Source: Marsupella aquatica
Lineage: Eukaryota; Plantae; Marchantiophyta
Direction: 5' to 3'
Length of the DNA stretch: 64,000 bases
Assembly (NCBI GenBank): GCA_973895155.1
Contig: OZ316892.1
Location: 944,917 to 1,008,916 of the forward strand
Shown: one piece after another, positions 1-13,504 of the stretch
Position numbering within the stretch: the first letter of the stretch is position 1
Layout: each line of letters begins with the position of its first letter
Position numbers and translations under genes: made by a program
Notes under the pieces: generated by a model
Told to the model about the DNA's origin: nothing
Seen by the model: only the letters and a program-made list of their open reading frames with translations
Databases searched by the model: none

Positions 1-87
1 AATATTGCAAACACTTAATTTAACAAAATGGAGAACAAAAGTGGGCAAACAGGATGTAAATTCACACAGCAAGAATAATTAAGCTAC

Positions 88-3000
88 CTGCCAGAGCTTC
101 ACGTCCTTCAACTCTGGGTTTGCGTGGATGTGAGTATTGGCCTGTTAAAAATATCGGAACGCGAGAAGAGTTTAACAATCCTGCTCATGATCGAAATATA
201 TGACCCGAGAATGCGGTAAATTCCCGAAAACCATTGGAGATCTTCAATGTATTGAAGTCACTTCATGTAGCTAGTTTGAGCAGAGTAGGATAAACATAAA
301 CTTCGATTTATTCTACAGCTAAAGGATGGATACATGTTTATTTAGATGTTAACTAGGTCAGAAAATAAGATCCGAGTGCACTTTCACTAGAACAAAGGAT
401 TCCCTAGGAAGAGCATCTTTGTCCAATATTAAGCATCCACAGCTCTTGTTATCGTCTTCAATTCCTGAACAGTTGTCCGTAAGTGCTTACCACACAAAGT
501 AGTTGCCGCTTCCCTGAGGGTGGCGCTACTCCAGCATGATCACGGGCCTCCAGTACAACTATGAGGGCCACATTATCCTAGACAACAGAACCCTTGTTAA
601 AATCTAACATTCATCAGTTTATCCTTAACTCACAACATTTGAAAGTTAAACTAAGATCCTCGTGAAGTGTGATATACCTTAAGCAGCCGACTTAGAGCTG
701 CCTTTTTCGAGGCTGTAGGTACTAGGGCCTCTGTCAGGGATTGGGCAGCCTTGTTGAACTCCACCTAAGTCACACAGATAAAGCACATAGTAAGCCTTTG
801 CAGTATTCAGACTTTCAGCGGATCAACCCATGTCGCTATGGCCTTCAACAACTAATTCAAAATGTTACCCTGTCTTCAACAGCCTATCGAGATCCAGACG
901 AATGAAAAACAAGGTGCGATATTCATTCAGTCGCATTACCTCGTACTTTTTCACGAGAGAAAATCGATCCCGCCTGAAGAATGTTGCGCAACCATCAATT
1001 GCATAGACGGTGCCAGTATAAACCTGTAAATCCATATTTAGAGCGCATTTTCATTCCAATCAGACCTTCAGTCTTTCCTCCAGCCCGCACATCATTCCGG
1101 AGTAAAGAGGCAAATGAATACAGAATGAAACTAAGAAAGTTGAAAAAAAATATGCCACGACCACTTTCAGAACACCCAAACTCATAACACTGAGATAGAA
1201 CTCGCACCTCTGCGGTCTTTTTCTTATATACAGCAGCGTATCCATGTTTTTCCAATTCAGGAGCAAAAAACTCCTCAAAGTGATCACTTTGGACCTGCAC
1301 ATGGGAGAGGTCGTCATGAATCTCGTGCAAGTCAAGTCTTAAATAGAATTGAATGAGGATGCACATCAGAAACAGGAGCACTACGATTCCATCGTAGCCA
1401 GGAATAAGTTCCTCACAAAGCCCTAAGAGAAACTCGCCTAGATACGAGACGGTACTGTCCTTGTGATGGAAACTGAAAATCATGAGCAAGAAGAAGATTG
1501 TCACCATCAACAGAACCTATTCCCAATAACGCCTCTAAGGGATGAAATTCCATTTCATTATCTTTCCATTCAGTTCAAATGACATGGTTCCGTTTTGTAA
1601 ACAAAAACTATGGTCCCCAGAAACGGGATTCGAAAAACAGTCTTGAAGAGACACCTTCAGATACATCGACGAGCAAAGGTAGCTTTCCTCATAGAAGGAA
1701 CGACGACAAAGGATAGGAACTACAGTACAAAACACAACTCCCCACCTTTGGACAAAAAGGAAAGTTAAAAGAAGCGAAAATACCTCTTGAAGACAAAGGA
1801 TGTCAGCTCGATACCCAATCACCTCACGGAGCAGATTCTGCCTGCGATATGCCCACGAGAGTGCCCAAGGAGGGCAGTAGCTGTACATATCGCTCTTGGC
1901 ATACAAGTCTGCCAACACATTATATGAGAGCACTGTAAAAGTACCTGCTGCAGTAGTGCGGTTCTCAATGTCAATGGCTGCTCCGTCTAAGGAGTTTGCG
2001 GATATGAGCCGGCGAGGCGTTGGTGAAGGGGCTGGGATGACACGGGATGTAAGTACAGTGCTCGCTGGAGCCACTGCCATCCCAGAGTTTGCATCCACTG
2101 CCACACATTCAAACTTCAAGACGTGTCCCACATCATCTACCGTAGGGGTGTAAGTCTTTCCTCGCCCTACTTCATACCAAGTCTCACCCCCGCCATCGCC
2201 TCCCCCTCCTTGGTTCCGAGCTGGGCTAGAATATGTTGAGCCATTGCTGTGAGAATGGCCCAGTCCACCCACTGAGCCACCGCCCGCAAGTGAGTTCATA
2301 GATCCACCACTTCCAAGTACAGCTGAACTGGTCATGTTAATGCGGCCACTAAACTCATCTTCGTCGGTCCCGTTTTCTCGTGCCGCAGCCATGGCTCGAT
2401 GATGCATTGTCCGATGATGTCGCCATGAGTCAGCAAAGCACTTGGGTGAGCAGTGGTAGCTCTTGACAACTGGCAGCTTAGCCTTCACACACCCAAGGCA
2501 CTGCAGAGTTGCCGGCTCGGAAGGATGGACACTACACACTGCCACCCTTTTGTCACTCTGGATTCGATACCTGCAACACAAATCAATTCCCACCAACAAA
2601 CGGATGTAACATACCATAACTATGCAGAGAACATCAATCTGCAGTTCTCCTCATTCTAGACTCTGCACCTTACATTCAGGACTTAATTTTCCTACATTAT
2701 CTTTTAACCAACACCAGACGTATCTGACTTCATATATTTCTTTAAGTTACGACTGTTATATAACGTTTCTTCTAAATCCAGGATTCTGAAGTGGCGTATT
2801 CGATATCAAGCATAATGGATTTCACGACAATAGCTGTCAAAGTTAGGGCGCAAACTTTCCCAACAAAATTCCACCCTTACAGAAAAACCATAAACCTAAA
2901 ATATGGACTTACTTATAGCCGAATATTTAAAAAATCCGTCACAGGAATGGTCATGAGGCACAGCCCAGATGGAAGACAGTGGGGAGAGGGTGAAAAATGA

Positions 3001-3510
3001 AACAATTCCAACAGCTATCACTGGTAAGGCAACACCCCAGACGAAAGGCCCAAGGAGCGAAACACGAAACTTCCGTGCCATCTAAACGATAGAGCTCCTT
3101 GCGAGGACGTACACGCCACTACCGAGTCTCAGCGCCACAACAAAACCCTAAACCACAAAACCTTCAAGTCCCAACGATTGCCAGCCAGCGCGAAACTGAG
3201 AAGAAACCCCGAAAATCGCCAATTGTTGGATGCCAGTAGAAGCTATGAGAAGTTGACGACGTCCAAGTTTGCAAGACCAAATTAGAGATGTGGACAAGCA
3301 CTAGACTATTATCAAAGCTTGTAAATACGAGGGTAATGGACGCAGTCGTTACCATCGGCAGCGCAGGTAGAAACCATCAACTGGGGCTTGCTCTGGAATG
3401 TCATCTGTGGTGACGCTCGTGTCCGGACGTCGAAGAAGCACATAAGGTGACAACTCGCAGCCCGCAATCGGGATGTCCGACGGCAGATGCACTCGAAGCA
3501 CGCTCAGCAT
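88..3510 (-). CDS. CCR4: CCR4-type (EEP family) mRNA deadenylase, plant CCR4a/b-like; 3' part lies beyond the left window edge
   Basis: ATG at 3510 gives MLSVLRVHLPSDIPIAGCELSPYVLLRRPD, the typical plant CCR4 N-terminus. Frame-consistent GT-AG exons: 3510-3353, 2570-1784, 1294-1208, 1023-940, 764-678, 577-491, 141-88. Motifs: CSVHPSEPATLQCLGC..HCSPKCF zinc-finger-like region, FTVLSYNVLAD, ADILCLQEVQSDHF, IDGCATFFRRDRF, ANTHIHANPELKDVKLWQ. Confidence 0.95.
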
Positions 3511-5256
3511 ACTTCCCCCTCGACAGACTTTCTACACACTATCCTTTCCTGTAGAACCCTTCTGGAAGACTTCTCCCTAAAGTGTTTTCCTAGCTGTTTC
3601 CTACGTGGCTCGCGAGAGCTCAGACGAAGAACAAAAGTGAATGACCGCACCGGCGGATCCGCCATCAGACGCCCGCCAGCCTTGCCAGCCTAGCCAGCCT
3701 TCATTCAGTGCAAAATCCTCGATTGTTCTGAAAAGCACTCGTCGTGCTACTGTTATTCACACTGTAAGCCAACCTCAGCCTGTCACCTGCCTGTGGCATT
3801 CCCTTCGGATGCGTATACTCTCCGCTGCTCTGTGCTTACCCCTAAATTCCAGCGCTCGAGCCTCAACCACGTCCAACCGCGGCGTACAAGCAACAAGCAA
3901 TTCAAATGATCGTGGAAAATACTACGAAGCTAAAGCTGGTCTTATTAATAGAACACCATGGCCCTTAAAATAGCCATCAACGAACGAAGGCTTGACTCGA
4001 AAACAGTTGTCATCATCCTCTACGCGATTGTCAAGGTTCGATTCTCGTTTCCCGAGCCGCCGATCTCCACACCGCCCTTGTCATGTCCATCCTTGTCCAG
4101 TCCCATTTTCGACTTCCCGTTCCCAAAACCCGAACTTCCTTTTCTCCCCCATCCTCGACTGCTCTCGAAGTTTACCGCCTCCACACTCCAGGCAAAGCCA
4201 TACGGTACCTCAAACACACTAAAAATCCCGCCGCATCAACTCACCTCACTTCAGCTTCCGTCTGCCGGAGCCTCCCGACAAAGCGCCGACGAAGTACACA
4301 GTCCTGACACTTTACTTCTCCTCTATAGCGACTCCACTACCAACCGTGCAAAGAATCGCAGAAGGGCAAAGATGCGCTCCGAAGACAACCGCCACAAATA
4401 TGCTCAAGGCTACCTCCAATTCCTCCTCTTATATACCTTCTTACTTTTCGATAACGCACCTCACCTCACATCACCATTCTTTCTCACCCCGAGAGTTCTC
4501 GCAGACGACACGGAGGGGAATCTACAGGACCCAAATCCACCCCCGCCCCCCCCCCCGTCCCCCCGTCATGAGTAGCAGCAATCAGCGAGCCCAGCCGCAG
4601 CACCTCTTCTCGCAGCAGCAGGTCATAGCTTACCCAACCAGTGGGAGTTACAAGTGCGCAGCCTGCCTGCCAGCCAGCCAGCCAGCAAAGTCTATTTTAG
4701 CTCTCCTCGGCCGTACCCTCTCCTCCACTCCTCCCTTCAATCACCACGCCAATCAATCCAGCGCAGGCTTTGCTTTCCAACAGCGAGACTCGCGCTAATA
4801 AATCTTCACTGCTTAAAAATCATATATTATTACTCGCTCCTGTCCCTCCCCCCCTCTCTCGCTTGGTCTTATTACTTGCCACCTCTCGTCGTCACTCACC
4901 CAACCCACTCCACTCCACTCCACTCCACTCCCAAGCCAGCAATCAAACAAGCAGGCACGAGTGTGAGATCTTCGCCACGCCATAGCGAAGCCAGCCCCAC
5001 CTCCTCCGCTCTGTTTAGGGCAAATCTCCTCCACCGTCGTGATAATAAGTTGGACAAGTCCAGTCCAGTCCAGTCCAGTCAAAATCCTGTTGCCTCTCCT
5101 TTTTTCTCTGCCACTACAGTGCTACAGCTAACTACTGTGTACAAGAAGGAATTACTGGTACTACGACGACGACGATGATGATGATGATGAGAAGAAGCAA
5201 CTCACGGGCAGCGGGAAATTATGTTAGGTCAGCCTCGGCACCCCTCTAATTAGGGT

Positions 5257-5362
5257 TTCGTAATCATAACATCGCCTTCGAATTTTGTCCCGTTTCCGCC
5301 CTCCTGTTCTTCGTAATCATAACATCGCCTTCGAATTTTGTCCCGTTTCCGCCCTCCTGTTC
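5257..5362. repeat. Perfect 53-bp tandem duplication upstream of CCR4
   Basis: ttcgtaatcataacatcgccttcgaattttgtcccgtttccgccctcctgttc occurs at 5257-5309 and 5310-5362. It is preceded by a telo-box-like tagggttt (5251-5258). Confidence 0.9.
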
Positions 5363-6206
5363 CGCTAAACCAAGGAATTTGATTATTAGGACGGTAAGTT
5401 GCGAGATTACCGTTTGCCGTAAGCAGCCCGTCGACCGACGGAGGGCAGGGCCGTTCCCGTTTGGACGACGACTGGCATACTTCCAGACAGTGCCATCCGA
5501 GTATCCGACCCTGTGGAGATTCCAGGCTTTCAGATTCGCCCCCCAACCCTCCGCCCGGATTCCCACGGCCCCACCCCACCCCACCCCACCCAGCCCGCTA
5601 AACTAGCTGAACCGTGACATCATTCTGTTGGCTAGGGAAGCGACAGGTTGATGGTGGTCTCCTGGTGGAGGTGTTCTCTAGACGTACTGGGTCTCATCTA
5701 CAGTAGACGAGGATTTTGTGAGAGCGCCCTTTTCGAACGACTTTCCAAAAAATAACGTCCCTTTTCAATGAGGCGCATGGTAAAGTCACTTTTTATCTGA
5801 GTCAACAGCTTTTGGCGTTGTAAAATCACTTTTTATCCAGAATCTCCTTTTATGGAATTTTTGAATAGAGCCTTCAAGCCAATTTTTTAAAAAAATTTTG
5901 GGGGTGGGATGTTTGGAGGAAGTGGTAGGTCCATGATTGGCCACAGAGGTCGAAATGGACGGGGATGACTTGTATAGTGTGCGAGGATGTTGTTGTGAGT
6001 ATGTACTACCAGTATATGATATCCCAAAGCACCCATCCATGGGATATATCACTCTAGTTATTTTCTCCTCCTACTTCTTGACTCTATTATATTTTACTTA
6101 TAAAGCATGAAGGGGAAGCTAAAGTCAGGGTCTAGACTTCTAGAGTGAAGCCCCTACTTAGACCTGACTCTAGGGCCCCACCAAAATAAATGTACATGGA
6201 ACAAAG

Positions 6207-6373
6207 ATATGCATAGACATGATGGAATATTGTGTATCATATGAATGAGAATATATGTGTGAAAATATGCATAGACATGATGGTATATTATATATCACAT
6301 GAATGAATGAGACTGTAAGTGCATGTAAAAAAGATGTGGATTGACATGATGGTATATTATGTATGACATGAAT
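6207..6373. repeat. Degenerate tandem repeat, about 3 copies of a ~60-bp unit
   Basis: The core gacatgatgg(a/t)atatt(g/a)t(g/a)tat(c/g)a(t/c)atgaat recurs three times. Confidence 0.7.
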
Positions 6374-9300
6374 AATTACTTTTTATCGTTTCATCAATAT
6401 TTAAAGAATGGAAATAGAAAATATATTTTGTTATATTTTATTGTCTTCTTCTCTACTCACATTCAAAGAATGGGTAGTTGGGGCTAGTTTAATAAAAAAA
6501 AATCATATTGAGATTCCCTCCACAGGTAGGGGACCCACCCTCATCATTCTTGGAGGGAAAAATGGATTATACGCATAATTGAAGATTGGAAAGTTCATGA
6601 ACAAACCAAATCCATGCCTAGCGCTACAAATTCTAATGGAATCTTCATCCAGAACCTTTTCCTCATGTAGTATTTCTAGGTTGGCATAAGATCTATGGAA
6701 ATACTATTTAACCAGTTAGAATGAATTTAGACTAAACTTTCTCACCACTTTCTCACAGATGGCATTTGAGAATTCTCATCCAAGCTGAATGGTTGAGGGT
6801 GATCTCATCCAAGCTTATTACTCTTAAACTATCGCTCACTATACATAAGGGGAACTAGCCTAATTACCCATCCTTGAAAATAAATAGAGGAGAGTGCAAA
6901 AGAGGACCTTGCAAAAAGAAATGGCTCATCTTTGCCCCCATGCCTGTTTTTTGTGTGCACCTTCACTTCAGTTATGACCTTGAAGTTATGGGCTACCCCA
7001 TCCCTGTCTTCTGTATGCACCTTTGCTTTTGGCACTCTAAACAGTAGGCCTAGGGAGTAGCTTTTTATTGCCATTATATACTTAAGGTTGATTAACTGTT
7101 CCTTAAATGTAAGTAGAGGTGAGAGACACGGCGTCATGCTCCAACCCCAGCAATGTAAAGCGTGCCACTTGCGGATTCTGATTTATGGAAGCACAGCAGA
7201 ATTTGTTTTACATGGGCAGAGTGACAAATCACAATGGGAGGAGTAAGAGTGAACCTCCACAACAGGCACCATTCCGACCACTCGGGGCTGGAGTGTGACA
7301 TGAGGGAGGATGGTAGCAGCTTGGTTGCCTATGAGTCACCATGACCTCGAGGGTTTCACTTCCATGAAAATGACACATCATGTGCAACAAAGGAGAAGGT
7401 ATTTTTGTTTGAAACAAAGACTTGAGAATTTTATGGGAAGAACATTAGGGTCTTTTCAGAAAGCTTTATAGGGATTAAAAATAATTTTGTTCTCACATTT
7501 TAGGGGTCTGAGGTCGAAAAAAGTCGCAGGTGATGGGGAGGCGTCCATTTAGTGAGACCCCCAAGACCATGACCATGCTAGAGTCGGGACATGCAGTGGT
7601 AACTTTCTCCAGGAGATGGAATGGGGGTGCTCTGGCAGATGATTTTCAAGGGTGGCAGGGACAAGTTGCCCCAACAAGCCTCTTTCAAAGAAAGGGACTA
7701 TGTAGGGATTTGTTTCCTGCCAGGACCCATCTAGTCTTTTTGTTGGTCACTCTATTTGTATAAAGCACTGTGGGTGTTTGTGTTCGAGTTTATAAAAGGA
7801 CACTTGCTTGCTATATTCAAATATCGTTCCGGGGCACAGTATTTAAATAAAGCACTCTATGTGTTGTATTGAGTTTCAAAAAAGACATTTGGTTTTCGAA
7901 AGACCACTCCTGCACCCGAAGCCATCTGGAAAGGTTTTAAAAATTCAAACACAATTTCAAACACAACGCACAGGTGCTGTGCTCAATGGAAGCCACTAGT
8001 GCACCTGTGGGATTTATGAGATCTTTTTGTGTCCGTTGCAAGCTTTCTGGGATCGTTATCCACTGATTAGGGGCGGTGAAGATTTTGTATATGCATCCTT
8101 TTAGTGTTCTTCAGGTTCGTACTTGGTGCCATCATGCGGAAATTTCGGGCAGCATAACTAAATAGTTTACTTTCCTATACTGGGCTGTTTCATAAAAGAT
8201 AGACCCGACTCAGTATTGGTCTGCTTTGGTCTTCCACAATAGATGGTTTCACACTCAGCTACGGTCAGAGACAAATTGTGTACGCGAGAGGTTGCAGCTG
8301 ATGAGCGAGATTGGCTGTCTGTCCTCGCTCCTTGTGGAGAGGCCCTTAGAACTTGCTGAGGTTGCTTCTCTGGCCTGAGATTTAACAGGCTGAATAATAA
8401 GCCTATAAGTTATCAATGCTTATCATAAGCAAAGGACGAGGATTTCCAGGGACCTCAAAGGCCCGATCTTAACATCCCCTAACTGCATTACCGCTCTTTA
8501 GAAAAATGTGATTCTTTAAATTTCACTGGGTGTCCATTGCTGTAGAACCCTGACCTTCAACTTCGGGTGGGTTGTGAGTTCAATGAAAGTAACTACCAGT
8601 TCATGGTCCCCATGGAAAGCTATGAATGCACGCGTCTCTAAATATGTTGCAGACTCTTTAGAATAAATTTTGGAAGAGCTCTGCAACATCCCCTACAGGG
8701 TTTACATTCTAGAGATCCCTCAGTTATCATCTCTCTACAATGGAAAACAAAATAGAGTTGGACGAAATTTCATTCAGCTTCAGTGCCAGGTCATGGCCGG
8801 AAAGAAGGTCCTGATCAAATTTTCCACAACTGACCTTCGGAGTGATGCCCCTCAAAGTGATTTGCAATTATTTCCATTGAACTGAGGGCGCATTATAACC
8901 GCAAACTTCGTGAGTGAAATTTTCATTACGTCAAAGAACCAAACAAAACCTTCTCTCGATCCAGCTTAAAATTTATAAATATCTCCCAGTGGATTTGGAT
9001 GCATTTCGATCAACCCAAAGCACATTGTAACGGCCTACTTTGATGGTGGAACTGTCACTCTCATGGCCTCTAATTTGACCATAACATCGCTGAGAAGACA
9101 TATCCCACGGAGCGTTTTTCTTCGAAAGCAGACTTTACTTGCCAGTAGAAGGTAATAGACGGAGCGACACTTTCTTCGGGAATATCGTCAACCTTGCAGC
9201 ATCTTTCACGGGTATAGGAGGCGTCAGTGCTTCCAGGTCACCGTTTCTCCAAGCATCCACACCAAATCCAAATCCATGTCCATGCGATCGATGTTCCAAT

Positions 9301-9902
9301 CCTCCTGTCAAACGACAAGTACTACAGAAGCCAAGCAAGCCACACGCATGGGACACTCCATATTACAATGATACTGAACAGTACGACATCCTTGAACACT
9401 ACCAGACCCTTGCTGTGTTAACGGAGAACGGGCAACGAGCAACGGCAAGATGAAGGGTCACACAGGAAGGTACTGCCATGGAATAAGAAGGTTTTCAAAC
9501 TTCCAAAACTTAGGCTGCTAGATCAAAACTTGAGCGTGGTTCAGGATAAAGGAAGGATCATGGCCCAGCTCATGGGAGACGAGTGTCATGTATTCTGCGT
9601 CAAGAATTTTCATCAGGCTCCCCTTCACAAAACACTAGTTGACCTCTGGCTCCAAACAATTTCAACGTACTTGCGAGATACAAGCTCCAACATGACAGTT
9701 CTTTGAGTGTAATCTCCTGCACCGCATTTGAAATGCAGTTTGAGCAATGCTTAATTTCGTAGGAAATGAATCCTTGTTGTGGGTGCAAAGAAATAAATCG
9801 CCAGCCTGCCACGTCTAGTGCAACATATAGAGCATAGCAGGGCCAAAAAGTCACTGTCTAGGGCTACTTTATCAGGGTTCGGAATTGGACCGAGTATTTT
9901 GA

Positions 9903-10682
9903 CTAAACATCAGCAGGAGTTGGCTTTGGTCGATCAGCCGGGGGTCCCTTTTTGGCAATGTGAGACATGGGAGGCTTTGGTAGTATCCCAACCAAGAACA
10001 GGAGTCTAGCTACTGTGTCTGAAGGTTGAGCTCCGACTGATAGCCAATACCTGCAAACAAACAGGAAATTAGAAACAAATACTTCATACGCAATAATGCT
10101 CGCCAGGGAAATTAGGGGAATCATCCTCATGGATCGTGCAATAATCACAAATTCAACACCGCCCAAGCCACACTTACTTGAGCCTTTCGGTATGTATACC
10201 GATGCGCTTGAGCCCATCTTTACCTGCAGAGACCACAACGACATGGAGCAATGATGAGCTTCGGATCTAGCACTCGCACCGGCAAGAAAGTCACGGGCGG
10301 AAAATGAACATGTCAATCTCGCATCCCAAACCTTACTATTCGGTAGGATCGTAACCTAAAACCTCTTATGATGCGCAGCATAAACCCTGGCGACAGATAA
10401 GATTGCACACCATTCCTTAAATCTCTGGAAGCTACATGCAGTTTTCCAGCTGATGGTGGAAACCAGACCAACTAAACAATTATAGAGAAAATCGGGCAGC
10501 CAATACAGACAGACAGACAGATTCAATGGAGAAAGCACAGCAGTACCTGGCAAGGGGTTGTAGTGGCCGACCACCTCCAAATGCCTGCCGTCGCGAGGGC
10601 ACCTTGAGTCCGCAGCTGTGATTCTATAAAACGGCAAATTCTTCCTCCCAAACCGAGCGAGCCGCAGCCTCACGAGGCCCAT
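9903..10682 (-). CDS. RPS16: Nucleus-encoded bacterial-type ribosomal protein S16 (mitochondrial/plastid), 109 aa
   Basis: Exons 10682-10547, 10223-10178 and 10050-9903 give [78 protein letters not shown]..., the classic bS16 signature. Confidence 0.95.
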
Positions 10683-10934
10683 CTGCTCAACCTTTCCTGC
10701 CCTCCCTCTCTCAAGGCATAAGAAATTGACAATTCGGCCAAGAGAACTTCGTTGGCAATTGGTTCTTCAGGCAGTTCTCTGGGTTTGTTGGCTTCGACTC
10801 TGTACCGTAGTGGGCATGAAGTTTCTTCCTCGTTGGAGCAGGATGGAGAGATATGCTTAGTAGACCCCTACTAGAAAAAGTTTGCTTAATCAACCCCCTC
10901 GATACTTTTCCCCAATCTGGACCATTGATAGACC

Positions 10935-11081
10935 TAGGGGGTGGATCGAGTAACAGGTTTCATTTTGGGGTAGGGGGTGGATCAAGTAACAGGTTTCATT
11001 TTGGGGTAAGGGGTGGATCAAGTAACAGGTTTCATTTTGGGGTTGATCCCCGTTATGAAGCTTCAACCCCCAAAATGAAAC
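10935..11081. repeat. 3 x 36-bp tandem repeat ending in a hairpin, RPS16 upstream region
   Basis: The unit gggggtggatc(g/a)agtaacaggtttcattttggggta occurs three times (10935-11043). The last copy's gtttcattttggggttga pairs with tcaacccccaaaatgaaac (to 11081). Confidence 0.85.
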
Positions 11082-11469
11082 TAATCTTTTGTGTTTAGCT
11101 TCATAATCACAATGCAAATTATCGAGCTAATGAGATTTGAGGTCGTCCATCTCAACTATTGGCTTCCTAATCATAAGGGCATTTTTACATATAGTAGCCC
11201 CAGTACCCATGAATATTCAAAGGAAGGGTCCTCTACCCAGATTCCCCATTCTGTTAGACTCACAAGAATCATCCTAATATTAAAATGTAGCAAGATTATG
11301 CCCCATCACTTCACCCAGGTCATGAACTGTACACTTTGATCACAAATTATAGTATATATTAATTATTGTTGTATCCAGGAATCACGTTCCAAGTTTTTTT
11401 TGTCTTTTGCCTTGAAAGCCTAAAGTAGACCCATCTAACATAGAATAGATATTCTAATTTGGAGTATGC

Positions 11470-11724
11470 ACCACTGTAGGGTAGCCCACAAGGAGGGACA
11501 ATATCCAGGGATCCGACAGGGACAGACCAGGAGGGAGAGAGGGTTGAACCAGGGCCCCAAAGCGGACTAGCCAGGGGCTGAGGAGAAATCAGGACTCACA
11601 CCACTACACCCCACCCACACACACACACACATACTCTCCACACCCCTTGCTTGTGGAGGGGGGTTGAACCTGACACCTCTCAGATCTAGGTTCATCCCCT
11701 GGCCAACTGACCAAACCCAGCTAG
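11470..11724 (-). mobile_element. Putative tRNA-derived SINE-like element
   Basis: On the minus strand there is an A-box-like TGGTCAGTTGG (11713-11703) and a B-box-like GGTTCAACCCC (11670-11660) at tRNA-like spacing, followed by a (TG)n-containing body. The 3' end and TSD are not resolved. Confidence 0.5.
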
Positions 11725-13504
11725 TTCGTGGAGCAGATGATTGGTGGAGCAACTGATTAGTGGACCAGGGAAAGTTTACGGTCACTTTTGTCTATCATCA
11801 TTTAAAATTTTGACCTTATTGAGCCTCATTATCAGTTTTGTCTGTATTGGGAGTTAAGATCTAGAGGTTTCACTCTAGACCTAGGCCTTTAAGAGTAGGC
11901 TTCAGTTGACGTTTTTATAGTAAGATATAGTGAGTGCACATTTTGCTTTGCAATGTGATTTCTTCGTGTAGGATATATACCCTTTGCTATCATCGTGCAA
12001 ATGCCGCTCCCAACATCAACATTTGTTGATGTATATACATATCTTCTGCTTTGACAACATTGTGCAATGCGTGGCCTTTGGGCTAATATAATATGAAGCA
12101 GTGAACCAAGATTGAGCCATGTTGCTCTCCCTAGCTTTTCCTCACCACTAGTCTATTTCCTGTCTATGTTTGTGCCAAGGCAGAGTATTGGCTACGGTAG
12201 TGTAGTACTTCAAATAAGTAAGTGACTGTGGTTAAGACAGGTTAATATTAAACAAGACAGTAAATCAAATACTTAATACTTTCTCTTACCACACTGTTTG
12301 TTTTTTAAAATTTATTGTTCAAGTTTTTTTTATCTCTTTACTACAACAGGGGTCTAATTGCTTTTCTTTGCTGAAAATGTCATTGTTCCTGTTTGTGACT
12401 GAATGTAATGATGTGGTTGCGCATGGTGCCAGGAATTATGGAAAGAACGTCCCATGGGGGTTGGTAAGTATTGTAACCATGTTGAGAGAAAAAAGTGTCA
12501 ATCACCTGAATTTATCTACATTGTTCATTCCTTTAAGAGTAAAGATAGTCCCCCTTCCAAGGAAAAGGAAATAAAGCCCAATAAATTCTAAGGTTATCGA
12601 GCACAACCCTGAAGGAATTGGAGATGTTGCAATGTGTAAATGTATAGAGAAAATATCAGGAATATTACGCAGTGTTGTTGAAGCACATTTCAATGTTTAT
12701 AGAGATTTTATGTGGGTTGCCAAAGTCTATCTAAACATTTTGGTACAAAGGTAGATGCCATGGAGCTTGGTACAAAAAGAAGCCTGGATGTACCTCCAAG
12801 TTTGCAAACATGCTCAGATATTTTAGTACTTCACTCTAGGACCTGGTAAGGTTAACTAGGGCGCAACTGAATCATAGTTATGGGCTCTTGAGCCAAGACT
12901 AGTGGATAGGGGATACCCTTGTGTTCATTCTTATAAATGAGTTTCATGAGTGAGAGACTCAAACTGAGAGGAGAGGCTTGCCCAGGCTACTATAGATGTG
13001 CATAATGAGTCTTCTCTGGGCTGTGGGGGTAACCCCAATGGAGTGAACCACATATCTATCAATTTCTTGTTGTACACTGGCTCCATGTAATATTGTCTCA
13101 AACAAGATAGACCCACTCAAACCGTGTAGACACCCGTCAAAACAATCTTATGCTCAGATCATATGTACTAGAGAACTAGAGAATGAAATGTGACTAGAAA
13201 ACAAGACGGTCATTTTTGCAAACATGTAACTCTCTTAATTATAATGAAATGTGACAATATTAGACTCATTGGAAACCACAAGCCATGTTGAATTAGGTCT
13301 GGTGGAGAGAGCATTGAGAATTGAGTTAATCATCGAGGGGCGATGCGGATGCCCGAGCGGAGATGAGAATGGTGCTTGGACAGTGAAGGTCATGGGATTG
13401 AGCAAACATCATGCTGTGTAACGAAGAGGGCAGAGTTTCGATCCGTCGGTGGTGACTGACTCACTAGTGACCGACTGACGTTCAAGGGGAAGAAAGATCA
13501 GGAC

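Noticed and set aside
3958-5178. Long plus-strand ORFs (205, 150 and 174 aa) opposite the CCR4 leader
   Set aside because: They are low-complexity Pro/Ser-rich translations of pyrimidine-rich UTR/intron DNA and microsatellites, with no recognisable domain.
8294-8366. Possible C/D-box snoRNA (TGATGA...CTGA with a short terminal stem)
   Set aside because: The C box lacks the leading purine, there is no clear C'/D' pair and I could not recognise an rRNA-complementary guide.
9135-9453. Short ORFs downstream of RPS16
   Set aside because: No recognisable homology; probably 3' UTR or intergenic sequence.
10935-11043. CRISPR array (36-bp repeats)
   Set aside because: The copies are contiguous with no spacers, there are no cas genes and the context is eukaryotic.
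11660-11724. Functional tRNA gene
   Set aside because: A and B boxes are present, but there are no acceptor or anticodon stems, so it is treated as SINE-like. The same applies to 53694-53745.
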